The position numbers were made by a program, and so were the translations under genes. From positions 191,952 to 255,951 of the forward strand of contig NW_014577092.1 of NCBI RefSeq assembly GCF_000485595.1: 64,000 bases of DNA, in the 5' to 3' direction. How positions within the stretch are numbered: position 1 is the stretch's first letter; every line of letters begins with the position of its first letter. Source of the stretch: Priapulus caudatus. Its lineage: Eukaryota. The notes beneath the pieces are model-generated. The model searched no databases. It had not been told where the DNA came from and saw only the letters and a list, made by a program, of their open reading frames with translations. Positions 26,144 to 39,010 of the stretch are shown one piece after another.

Positions 26144-26314
26144 CCGTGTAAGCGTGTCTGACAACTGAGCCACTATTTCGCATTTTTACTTTGATCGTTT
26201 TGGACGCGAAAACAAGATGCTCCTTTACTCCGCGAAAAAAATCCGCAATGGTTCGGATTACAAGCTATGAAAGAAATTCCACGCGGCGTGCACACAAATT
26301 CTCGGCTTAAACTT

Positions 26315-26398
<84 letters not shown>

Positions 26399-27434
26399 AG
26401 ACGAGAAAGAAAGAGGAAGAGGGAGAGAGAGAGCGCGCACGCAGAAAGGTAATGTTGGCCGCACGCAAGCGCGCATTAGCTTTTTATACTTGCTAGACGA
26501 GTTTTTCAGAGCGCTATCCCTCTGAATAAGAGTAGAGCTTTCACGAAAGAGATTATCAACAACAACATGGCGCGCCCTTCACATCACAATGACACAGATC
26601 CCATGAAAACGCTGTCACGTTCACTTAACGATGTAAAACCGAAATTAATCGTAGCGGGATTATACCGAAACCGGGGGAAACCTCCCTCCCTTCTTCCTTC
26701 CTCCTTCCTCCTCCCGCGTTAACCAACGGTGGATGAATGTTGAAGCGTTGCATCTCTGATGCTTTCGACGTGCGGTTTGCTGGGGATCTCCGGATTGCAC
26801 ACTCTGTACTCCGCATCCCGCCGCTCAGACACGCCAGCAGCAACCAGGGCGCGATGGCTACTGTCTTCTCCGCAGCACGACGACGACGATGAAGATAATT
26901 CCTATATCACTGTCGTAAACGCTCCATTATGCGAACGCGCCAGGGAAAAAAACCCGCATCGAAGAAGATTTTTTCCTTAATTCAAAGACGCCCTTTTATG
27001 AAACGCTTTCAGACGCGGAGACAAAGAGCTCATGCATGAGCGGCTAACGAGATTGCGCCCCCCGTTATAAAATTTGACAATTAATGAATTTGCGCCATTG
27101 TGCTTGCAGCGGACGTGCGAACTGGCAACGTTGTCTCGGTAGCCCCAGCATCCCTTCGCTAATCCAATCGATGAGTAAGATTGAGAGAGAGTGAGGGGAG
27201 GGAAAGAAAGAGAGAGAGGATGAAAGCGACGGGGAGGGAAACAACATGGCTACCCTTGTTCAGTGGGGATCTGGGCTGGCTAGGGTTAATCACCCGGGCA
27301 ACCGGGGCATTGTGTGGAAAGCTGACGAACCTGCCAGCTTCCATGTCTGATCAATATTCATCGAGCGCTGTGTGCGCGTGCGCGTGCTTGCATGTACGGA
27401 TACGTGCGTGAGTACGGGCTGCATCGTCGTGTGC

Positions 27435-27466
<32 letters not shown>

Positions 27467-29549
27467 GCGTGTGCGTGCTCATGTGCGTGTGCGTGCGCGT
27501 GCGCGTGTGCGTGTGCATGTACGTGCGCGTGTGCGTGTGCGTGTGCACATGCATGTGCGTGTGCGTGTGAGCGTGTGTGTGTGCATGTACCGGTCGCAGT
27601 GGTTGCACAAATTTCAACCGGCATTTATCAGAATTCTGCATACCATCATAATTATCATGACAGGGTGAACAGGCGCGTATCAGACCCAACAACCTCCACG
27701 ATTTAATTTGCCAATATAATTAAGAGTTCGTGCATGTATGAAAAATTAACTACGCCCGCGACCCGGCTGCTGTCTGCGTGACGTCACTCGTGACCATTGT
27801 TTCGACGGACGTAATACAATGGGGGCCACGGGAAGAGTGGCAGACGTGACAACGTGTAGGGCGCAATGATCGTACACATACACGTCTCATGCGTAGCGAC
27901 CTACATGTAACAATAGATATAAAATAGCTATCTTCTATTCTATATCTATATCTATTTCTATATATACTGCATGCCGTCATTAGAAAATCACACCGCTTAG
28001 ATAATCGCGGCACGAGATACACGATGCATGCGTTCCACGCTGCAGGCGTGAAGCAAAGGTAACGTATTAAACTGTGTACGTCACGAATTTCTAGCACTAG
28101 CAAGTAGTATATTTGTGTGTCATTTATACAAAATAAAATGTATGAAAATACAATTAGTGTTTCTGTTTACTTTTCATGCTTATATATCTTCTTTATACTC
28201 CCTAATTTGCCGGTGCATTCGATGTAACCAAACGCTCGACACAAATACAACTGCCATTAATTCGAAACTCTTGCGTGGCGCCCAGACGCAGCTAGCCGAT
28301 ATAGCGAACATCTGCGGTAAACGAGGCATTGGCAAAATAATTGTGGCAGCCATGGAAATGCCTTGTAAACTTAAGCGGGAGTTTCTAATATAAACTTCTT
28401 TCTGCATTTTTCTCCTTCGTTTTCTTTCCGATGCACTGAATTGAACTGGTCTGCCCACCATTGTTTATCGTTTAGTTGATCTAGCGTGAAGGGGGATGTC
28501 GCAAACATTTTTGTTGGCAGAAATTAAAAAAACACAAATGGCATTTCGTAGTTTTATTTATAATTTTTCCAAACATAATACACATGAACATATATGATTC
28601 ATTTTTCCTATATTCTATATTCTATATAGCTAACACAAATCAAAACAGAAACTGTTTGGGCACCACTTTGTGCACCATACAAAAATCACGATGACATCGA
28701 CCACAGCAACCAGTGCAGCAACCGAGAGACGCCAGTATCTGTACAGTACTGGGTAAATAGTGTTAATAACACTAATTCAAATCGTCAGGATTTTTACAAA
28801 TTTAACCAACGTAAAAACATTTTTATCAGGTGAGAGTTTGAGGATATATTTAGTAACGTTAGTACCAACTTTTGATGTAAAAAAAATTACAAAAATAAGG
28901 TATCAACTATAAATTTCAGGAGACTCGTGAAGTCCCTATACCGAGACCGGAAATGACCAGACACGAAGTCGAGAAACATGTACTCGAGGAAGTTCTAAAC
29001 GTTGCGCAACGTTGTAAAACTCCGCGTTTTATATACATGCCGAAGCAGAGATGAATTACAGAGATCCGACAAATCCGTCACGCGTGAGGGGCGTGTGGGC
29101 GACATGTAAAAATCTAACAGGATCCAATCTGCGTGCCGCAGTGTACGGTGCAGCTACCTGGCGGCCGCACGGCGCACTACACGCGCAGGTATATCGCTCG
29201 GCGAGCGAACAGCGGCAATTTTCCGCACCGCCGCCCCGCGCCGCCCCTGACGCGATCGCATCTGACAGGCGGCGAGTTTGCCGCCGCGTTCCCTCCCGCA
29301 CGAGCCGCCGCGGCGGACAAACGCACCGTTGTTACGGCAGCCAAAAAGAAAACGCGCGATGCGGAATAGGAAAAAAACGCGGGTAATGCAAGCTAATGCG
29401 CAGTGATGGCAGGAGATGGCAGACGATTAGAGCACGCGGGTGAGGAAGAGAGCCTGGTTTTATTCCCTTGAGGTTTTCCCTGTTCTTCCCCCACGTCGCT
29501 GAAAGACACGGGGAACGGCAGAAATACTCCAGATTTTCGTTGTTGTTTT

Positions 29550-29996
29550 TGCAGATAATCCTGGTAACTAACAATACACTTTCAACAATACAGTGTGTAT
29601 TGTTGAACACCTTCTAACAATACACTGTGTATTGTTGAACACCTTCTAACAATACACTGTGTATTGTAGTAGGTACCTAACAACTGTGTATTTAAATTCA
29701 ATTACATTTTTAATAAATTCAATAAAATCTATAAAATAATTTAAATAAATTCATTTAAATAAATGTCAATTTAAAGTTTACAAATCAAAAAGTAAACTAA
29801 TTAAAAAAAGAAGAAGAAGTGTATTGTTAGAAGGTGTTCAACAATAAACAGTGTATTCTTGAAAGCTAATAGGTACCTACTACAATACACAGTGTATTGC
29901 TGAAAGCTCATAGGTACCTACTACAATACACAGTGTATTGTCAAATGCCTAAACATACAACACACTGTGTATTGTTAGTTACCAGAATTATCTGCA
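29550..29996. mobile_element. Foldback-like non-autonomous element: 30-bp TIRs, arms of ~30-40-bp subrepeats, AT-rich centre
   Basis: TGCAGATAATCCTGGTAACTAACAATACAC at the left end matches GTGTATTGTTAGTTACCAGAATTATCTGCA at the right end at 29/30. Arms contain repeated CAATACAC(A/T)GTGTATTG, and TTGAACACCTTCTAA and TAGGTACCTA units in opposite orientation. Confidence 0.85.
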
Positions 29997-30400
29997 GAGG
30001 TTTTCCCGCCCCTGTAGAGGGAAGCAGAAGGCTATATGAGGGCCCGTGATTGTATAACAGTAGGACAATCGGAAGTGGGGGAGAGGTAGAAGCAATCGCG
30101 AAGCTCGTTCATGCTATAATACAGTGATTGACGTTATATTAACTTGTTGGTGAGTATTTTTCAATAAAGGCGCTAAGACAGAACATTTCGAAAATTAAAC
30201 AACTGGCGCGCACGCCAAATCAAAGCCTTCAAATATTATTTTGATGCATCACAAAGAAGAGGCAGCTGCATTTAAAGAAGGGAAGAGGAGGACGAAAGAA
30301 GGAGCGCGCCAGACAGACAGCAAGAAAGGGGGAGAGAAAGTAAGAGATAGGAAAAAAGCCAAGAAGTAACGGAGAGGGGATGAAAGGCAGAAAGATGGAC

Positions 30401-30484
<84 letters not shown>

Positions 30485-30871
30485 GATGGGTGACCAACCA
30501 AGAGGCAGTCCGTCGCTGACTAACTCGACGCACGCGGGCTCTGTGGAAAACATTGTCACGACATATAACCCGTTAAATTCCATTAGACCGCGAGGGCTTT
30601 ACAGGAAATCGGAGCAAATCTACGACGAATCTTAATTAACATCGTGGCCCTGAGACGTGCTATCAATTACGGGATGTGCTGTCGTCGTTATGGTACAACG
30701 AACGAGCGAGCGATCGAGGGAAAGAGAGAAAGAGGGGGTGCATACACGCGCGCGCACGCACACCTCCCGCGAGAGATGTCCTGCGCCGGCCAGCCATGCC
30801 ACGGCAAGCCGACATGGACCAGCAGAAATCTGCGCAGGTTCGACCACTACGTTAGAAAGTATATATATATA

Positions 30872-30896
30872 CCCTAACCCTAACCCTAACCCTAAC
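30872..30896. repeat. Short interstitial telomere-like (CCCTAA)4 tract
   Basis: CCCTAACCCTAACCCTAACCCTAAC directly after a (TA)n run. Confidence 0.85.
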
Positions 30897-32260
30897 AGCA
30901 CTGCCTTTTTACAAGTGCACCTATCGAGTGCGCCGAGCACAATAGCTAAATTGGTGAAATCACCGGGCACTTTCAAGAGCGACCAACCTTACGTTCACCG
31001 ATACCGCCCGTTAAGCATTTAAAGATAAACGCTCGAGCGTGAACGTATCGCTGCTCCAGCTTGTGCGTTTTAAAGCGCGGCTGTCGAGAACGTTTCGAGT
31101 CAATGTTTTCTTATTCTGAGAAATAGTCATGTAGCATTTAGTTTTCTTCGTTACCGATACGTGGTAAGCGGTTAAGACACAACTAATTTTCGATATATAG
31201 CAAAATAGCAACTTAACAAGACTAACACGAAAAACCTTTTTCCATAATTCTGTGCAATTAATGTCGAGCCCACGTAGAATTGAACAGGAATGGCATACCG
31301 CTACTTATTACTGATAAAAAAATTAAACAAAAAAACTCATTGCAATAATACCGTGCATAAATTTCGAAACCGGACAGAAATTAATACGAATAACAAACCA
31401 TTAATTAATATTAGTGAATTCAACACGGAAAACTCTTTTACAATAATACCATGCATAACTGCGAAACTCACGGAGAATTGAACACAAAAATCAACTCGAG
31501 ATTAAAATTATTAACTTTTCAATTCACTGGGACGCAAACCCCGTTCAGACATTGCGTAAATCTATGACGTCACTCGTGACTGAAACAATTGCGCTCGGTC
31601 AAGCGCCATGTTGGCTAACTGGTTCATGAAACGCCAACAAAACGTATGAACGGTATTAAATTGAATCTAAATCCGAGAGCATGTACCGTGTAACGCACGC
31701 TGCAAGCTCCGTTGGTCTTCCAGTAAATTTCGCCGCGGTTGCAGTTAAGTTTTTGCGAGTCAGTGACTCCGGATCATTAGTTTGGACAACTGGAGCATAC
31801 GTTCGCGATGTTGCGACGCCAGTAGTAACCGTATGAACGCAACGAGAATGAGAGAGATGTGCGTGCGTGCGTGCGTGCGTGCGGGCGAGCAAAAAGGCGA
31901 GCGTGCATGCGTGCGTGCGTGCGTGTAAGAGTGCGTGCGTGCGTGGTGCGAGCGAGCGAAAAGGCGAGCGTGCATGCGTGCGTGCGTGCGTGCGTGAGTG
32001 CGTGTAAGCGTGCGTGCGGGCGTGCGTGTAAGAGTGCGTGCGTGCGTGCGTGCGTGTAGAAGTGCAAATATGAGCTTCCTACCTGCGACGGTAGCGTTCA
32101 GGCAGATCCAATAGTCTTCCTAGAAAAATACAAGCAGAGCAAGAATTAGGAACAGAGGCCACTGATAAATGATCATCAGTCTTCCATCTATATGTTATTT
32201 TTATAACAAATGCAGCTCGCAATCTTGTTCTACGCAATAAACATATATATAGATATATAT

Positions 32261-33100
32261 ACGTCCCGCAAGTATAAATCCGCTTAATTTAGTCGTCTGA
32301 TGAAGCGAACTCGTAGAACGTCAGCGAGGGCGGGTACCGGCTATGGGCGTGGTCTTACGATCGCTGCGACGTACAAAGGGGCGTGGATGCCTCAAGAGTG
32401 AGTGCGGCTCGCAGGTTGATCGTGGCGCTTGCGGTGGGAGACTTGCTCGTAGTAGAACGACGCGCAGCGGACGACTACGATACCTTCGCTGGAAAGTAAT
32501 ACCATGTACTTCTGCGGGAAGGGTTAGAGCACCGAGACCATTTCGGATGGGAGGCGATGTTAGATGGCGCGGATGATTGTGGTGGTCAGGCGGCGATGCG
32601 TGCGCGCGGTGGGGCTTTTTTGGTATAATAAATGATGGGTGGCACGTTAAATAATGAGGCATAAGAATGGATGATTGAATTTGGGCGTCAATCAGACTGG
32701 AGCGATGGTACTGGCGTGATGTTAGGAAAGAACCAGGGTGAATGCAAGGCGGAGATGTACTGGCTCTCTTCTCTCTCGGGGAATTGACTGGTTTCTGACA
32801 TCCATCCTCCGTCGTCTCTCGTCTCTCTCTCTCATCTTTTTTTTCTCAGCCTCTCTCTTCTCTCATCGTCCTTTTCTCTCGTCCTCGATTATATTCGTCG
32901 GCCATCGGTTTGTGGTCATGATAATATGACAATGAGTATAAGAGGTTTTGACGTGATGGTAGATATCATGAGCAATGTGAACAATCCACGGCTTTCCTGA
33001 AACGATCTTCTCCTTTTTCTCGTCTTTTCTTCTCATCTCGCTGAACTGTCTCTTCGTCCACTCTTTGTCTCAAGTATCAAAGTCTCTCTCGTTTGCTTCA
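32261..33100 (-). repeat. Very noisy inverted copy of ~40100-40710
   Basis: For example GTGATGTTAGGAAAGAAC...GGAGATGTACTGGCTCTC aligns to the reverse complement of 40360-40405, with heavy insertions. Confidence 0.85.
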
Positions 33101-35052
33101 TGGTCGAGGCGTCCGGTCAGGGTTAGGGCGCGCTCCGTCCGTCTCTCTCTCTTTTCTCTTCAGCAGACAGTGGTCTCTTTCTGTCTTCTCTCTGCGTCTC
33201 GGTCGGTCTGTCTTTCATCGTGCGCCTCTCTCTCTCCTCGTCTCGGTGTATAGAGCGGTGCGGGGTCATCTACGTCTTCTCTCGCATCTCGTTTCTCTCG
33301 CTGACTGTCCTCTCTCTCTCTCGGTTTCGTCAATCTGAGTCTTTCTCTTATCTCTGTCTCCCCCCAAGCGGCGTGACCCCAGTCTTTCTCACTTCTCCTC
33401 CAATCGAGGCCAAGTCCCATGACTCCTCTCTCTCTCGTGGGCTCTCCCCCACCTGTGCGTCTGTCTACTTCTGCCTTATCTCCTCTCTGCTCTCTCCCGC
33501 TCTCGTGCGCCTCTGGAGATCGCACGAAAAGCGATGAACAAAGAATTTATGCGTTTGTTTTAAATAGTATAGGCGACGAGGAAATGGAAAACCGTGTCGA
33601 TCCTGAGATTTATGAGCGGTACGTATGATGTGGTCTTGGCGCGGCGTGATATGTTAGATCGCTGGAAGTATTTTGTAGCGGGCTGGGTAACTTTGATATG
33701 AACGACCCTGGAACGGCCTAACCCCAAACCATGGTCCTCAGTTCAGCCTATCGGCTGGCGCACTGGATACCGTATGCTACGCAGTATGTGATAAGCTCGT
33801 TACTCTACACAGACTGGAACCCTTAACGTAACACTAACTAAAGCAGGTGAGTGGTCTGGCGGGCGGCGCTGTGAACCGTACGTGCCATAAGCGTTACCCT
33901 AACATCGTCCCCGATAACAATAACCATCCTCTTATGCAACTTACACTTCAAGCACTAATCTAATATTAATAGGTAGCCATAATTCCTACTCCCATCGCCA
34001 CCAACTACCCTATCCCTACCTATCCCCCTAGTGTATATTGTGGTGTCGTGTGGTGGTGTCGTGTTGTGTGGTGTGTGTGTGTGTGTGTGTGTGTGGTGTG
34101 CGTCGCGTGCGTGCGTGCGTCATAAGTCGCTTCGTTCGTCGTGGCGTGCCGTGCGTGTGGTGTGCGTGCGGGCTGTAAATGTGCGCAGTATGGTTTGTGC
34201 ATGCGTTCGCGTGTTCGTGCGATAGCGTGCGTAATCGTGTGTGCGTGCGTGCGTGGCGGGGCGTGAATGTGTGCAGCCATGTTGTGGGCATCTGCGTTGC
34301 GCTGTGTTCGTGGCGATGCGTGGCGGGTGCGTGGAGCGTTGTGTGGCGTTTGCGGTAGCGGGCAGAGGGCTATATGCAGCATGCTTGTGCAGCAGATTCG
34401 GATGGATTCTCTTGCGCCCTGCCGAGCCGTACGATGGCAGTGGCGTGCGTGGGCGTGCGTGCGTGCGTGGCGTGCGTGCGCGCGCTATGCGGTGTGCCTA
34501 TATTATCGTGTAGGCCGTTTTACCTCTGGCGCAGGCGATCACAGTAAGCAGTGATTGTTACGGGGGCAGCGGTGAGTCTAAACACCGTCCTCGCGCTTTA
34601 AGGCGTGCGCTCCGCGGCTGCAGGCAAGAGCTTTATGTCCTAGAGTGGCGACGATAGGACGAGGTCCGGCGGTGCGGCTTGCAATTCACGAGAGGCCGCG
34701 ATAGGAGCCGTACAGGAGGCGTTCATTTCGGCGTACCGCCACCGGCCAAGTTTCAAGCACGATCCGCGCATGGGGGTCCGGAGCTGAGTCAGGCCTTATA
34801 CCGTAGAGCAACGAGATGGGTTGAATGGTGATATACGCTGTGTACGGTACATCGCTGTTACCTGGTAGCCAGTGTATACCACTTATGTAGTATATATATA
34901 TGTGTAGTGTGTATACTGTAATAGGCTACATCTATAGTATATCGGTAGTATGATAATATATATAAATATATATAGGCTTCAGTGCTGTGGCGTGCATTTG
35001 CGCGCGCAGCAGCGCGCGCGGGCGCGTGTCGTGTGGTGTGGTGTGTGTGTGT

Positions 35053-35083
<31 letters not shown>

Positions 35084-37629
35084 TTGTGGTGTGTGTGTGA
35101 GTGAGTGTGTGTGTGTGTGTGTGGGGTGTGTGTGTGTGTGTTGGCGTCTGTTGTGCCGGCTGGCGTGCGTGCGTGCGTGCGTGCGTGCGTGGCGTCGTGC
35201 GGTCGTGTGTGTGCGTGCGCGTCTGCGTTTGTACCCGTACAGATATGTGTATTTCGTATACCTGTGTGTACCTGTGTGCACATGTATACCTCTATAGCTG
35301 CATGGTTGAGCAGGGTAACGTCCTCCTTCCTGCAGTCGCTCTCTTGGTTTGCCCGCAGAACAATGTTTAAGGATATTCTAACAGACGGGAGTAAGACGGA
35401 ACTGGTTGAATCATACTTGCAGATTGGTGCGATAAGGTTTGCCGTACAATATACGTGGCGCCAAACATACACCACTATGCAGAATTAGCTCCTGTAGCAT
35501 TGCTATACGAAAACACGACGCTATATCCCCTCTCCTCTCCTCTCTTCCTCGTCCAAATGTTATCATTTAATGTAGTGACTGCTGCAGTGGATTCACTGAA
35601 GTGACTATGAATTTCGTGGCTATTAGAAGCCGTAGCTAGTTAGTCAACAAGTGATGTAGCTGGGGGCGGGCTCTGAACTGCTGGCTGTCTGCAATGACAA
35701 TTACAACCCGATCGTGTTGCGCGGGAGAGACGGATGCGTTCGTTCGTGCAGCGCTACATTTCAGCGAATGAGATCATTCCTCGTGGCGCGGTTTAATCCA
35801 CAGTTTCCTGTTCATTATGCCGCTTCTCTGACAGCGAACCGCGTGACGGGCTAATTGGCTGTTTGTAAGCGGGTGGGAAACTAGGCTGGCGAGATTCGTC
35901 AAGCGTGCCTAACACCTTGCAGGTTGCTGCCTGTTCCCTGTCTCCTCCTCCCTATTATTCGCTCGTCCGCTGGTTTGCTCGCCCACACCACACGCACACG
36001 CGCGGCAACGGCACGGGTTAAGGGGCACGCACGGGCACGGAACACGGCACGCCACCGCAACGCGGTTCACGAGGCGGACGTGCGGAACGTCACAGCACGC
36101 ACACTACCCAACAGCACACAATCTTAGCGCGAGAGCAGGCAACGCACGCAAGCCACCGGCGAGGGAGCCACCGACATAGCGTTAGTTTAGCCGGTGCACG
36201 CGCACACGCGCGCCAATAGATACTGGGGTTGGTTAGTCAACGAGCACACACTCCTACAGGGCAACACAGTACACATAAACGATAACAAATCACAGCGACA
36301 CCACACACGACTCAGGGTAACACAGAGATCCATATAGCATTGGTCTTAATCGACACACACACCGGCACATCGACCCGCCGTTCACACCCACCTACAGCAC
36401 ACAACACAGCACCCAGCGCACCTGTCACCCGAAGCACATCGAGCCTAGCGGCACCAGAAAACCGGATGGACGGCACGGCCCGGCCGCGCCTCCAGCCGTC
36501 GCACAGCATAGCCCCCTCTCTTCTCTCTCTTCTCGTCCTGATTCTCTCTCCCTGTGGCGCGACCCACGGGGGAGCGTCCCTGTCACGGATCAAGCGGCCG
36601 GCCGCCGCGCGTGGCGGGCCGGAGTTGGTAACTCGCCCACGAAGGTAGCGCGCCTCACCTACGTCGATGTATAATAAATCATCCGCGCAATCTCGGTGTG
36701 TGTCGCGTGGCAGTGCGGACCTGAGTGTCCGTTCCTCCCCGAAGGGGACGGACGGTCGCCTCACTCCGCCCTCGCACCCCCACTGGGACACGCACACACG
36801 GTTCGCCCGTAGGATACGCAGAGCTCGATCCTCGCGGCAGTCCCCTCGCGAGCGGCGCCGTGGCGCCGCCGCAGGCGGCGCCGGGCGGCCGGCAGCCCCA
36901 TTACATAGGGGGTAGAAGACACAACCAACACCCCCCAAAGAGCGCAGCCCCGGCCCGGCGCTCCCCACTCCGGCCGCGGCTGGGGGGCTGGACGCAAGCG
37001 CTCCGTGTCTGCGGGGAGCCGGGCCCCGCCCCTGCCAGGATCGCCGCCCCCAACAAGACTAGGGACAGCGACCGAGTCGCGCGCGAGGCGCACACGAATC
37101 AAGTGAGGAAAGCTGCTCCTGGGAGTGCTGTGTGCCTCCCCTAAAGGGACAATCCTCCCCCCGGCCATACAACCCCACCCGGCTAACTACCGGTACGAGC
37201 CGTGCCCGATCGCTCAATGCACGGAGTGCTAGCTATTACGAGGGTGCAGCCGCAACTGGCCACGGACGACGAGGCGAGCGGCTGGCGTCGCCTGAGCCCG
37301 AGATGTGTGAGCTGGTGAGTCCGTCTCCGGCGGCAGGCAGCCCCGGCGTCAGCCGGCGGTCGCGCGGGGCACCCCCGTCCGGTCATGTCCAGTGTGAGTC
37401 ATGGTAGCCAATGATCGGGACCGTACGACGATAGCGGTGAGGCGATGATTTGCCCCACTTCATGCCTCGACTGCTCGAGCTCCGTGAGAGACCAGCCTCC
37501 CTTTCCCCTCGCCGCGCGGAGGGCCTGAGTCCCCGAATAGGGCAGGAGGGGACACGGAGGAGAGCCCGAGCACGGATGATAACCACAATACACGGAGCGG
37601 CTGAGCACCCCCCCCGCGCGGGCCGGCAA

Positions 37630-39010
37630 GAAAGGACATGCTATTTATTTGCCTGCGTAAACAGGAAGATGAGGTGTCGAAGGTGTCCTATGAGGAGATC
37701 GGAATGAGGGGGCTGCATGGAGAGGGGGGCGGAAAAGTGTCGATGTCGCGGGATAGTGTTCGAGAGGTTTTTTCATCGTCTGCGGCGGTCGCGCTCGTCA
37801 AAGCATCCTGTTTTTCCCGTGGAGGGCATGCGGAAGACGCGCGTCGTCGCGCGTTGCGCGTTACTGCCGCCGGCGCGCGCGAAAAAATGTTTCGCAGCTG
37901 ATTGCTCCCAGCCCTCCCCTCTCTCGTTCTCGTTCACACGGGGAATCAGTCGATGTTTTCTCAATGCAGTTCCTTTTCCGCGCCCGAGTCTTTTTCTTCT
38001 CCTCACCTGTACCTATCACACCTTGTCTCGGGTACTCTTTCTATTTTTTTCTCAAGTGCCAGTTCGATTTTTCGCGCCCCCGTGTTGTTTCCTCCTCCTT
38101 AACTTGTAGCTGCACACATCTACATCTCTCCTCATTGGTCTACCTCAGTTGTCTTTCCGCCCGCTCTCTCTTTGCGGTGTGACGCTTCCTGTCTCCCCCT
38201 GTCATTGCCTATCTCCACTAGGCGTCTCGCTCTGTTAGCGTACTGTATTTTGGGCTAATTGCTCGTAAATACACAATGCAGCACCTTGGGTAAGCAGCGC
38301 GGAATTAAGGCGAGAGAATGAAATGCGTTTTGCCTCTGAGCGAACGGGATCCTAAGGCTGCTGACAAGGGCGCTGCCTCCCGGCTTTACCTACAGGGATT
38401 CAGTTTAGTAATAAACCAAGTTGTTTAATGCCTCGCGCGTGTGTGAAGCGATTGCTCATCTTCTTGCTAAAACCGGCGATTTTTGTGAGGCAACCCGGAG
38501 TACGCCAGCTACGCGCCACGGCCCTGATCCGCAACCGAGAGACTGCTATATACGATAGCGCAAAGAGGGGACGGCGAATGATTTACTTCGATCCTTCGCT
38601 GCGAAGTTTGAAGGTATTTATTCCTAGCCAGTCAAGTGTTTATTTGCTGATGAAAAACGTGCCTGTTTCACTTACATATTATCATAGTTGATAAATACTT
38701 AAATCAGGTATTTTCAAATAAAAATTGCAACAGTAATAACATGAAGTAAACTTATTACACCGGATAAAACCGGAAGAAGCCAGCATAACGAACATGTTCA
38801 AACATGTTTTGCATATAAGCGCCATGTTATTGGTGTAATTAAACCGATTCCGGCAATAGCGTCTTGCTATGGGGAATAATGGACACCTATTCCTAAAAAT
38901 TCGCATTTTCTTAAAAAATGCGCGCATGTCATGGAAACCATACTTTGCTCGCCACCCACGAGGTGGCTGGGGGGCGCCTTTAATCAGGAGGAATAAGCAC
39001 CAACCACCTA
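37630..39010 (-). repeat. Noisy inverted copy of ~44175-45385
   Basis: CAAGAAAGGACATGCTAT, TTTTCTCAATGCAGTTCC and ATAGTTGATAAATACTTAAATCAG are reverse complements of sequence at ~45370, ~45085 and ~44445. Differences are dominated by indels. Confidence 0.93.

Noticed and set aside
29570..29980. Regular ~30-bp palindromic repeats resembling a CRISPR array
   Set aside because: There are no unique spacers, the units are arranged as inverted arms, no cas genes are present and the context is eukaryotic.
36312..37707. Cluster of GC-rich ORFs suggesting a foreign or viral insert
   Set aside because: They are Arg/Pro/Ala-rich in all frames with no motifs, and lie inside a demonstrably noisy read-derived segment.
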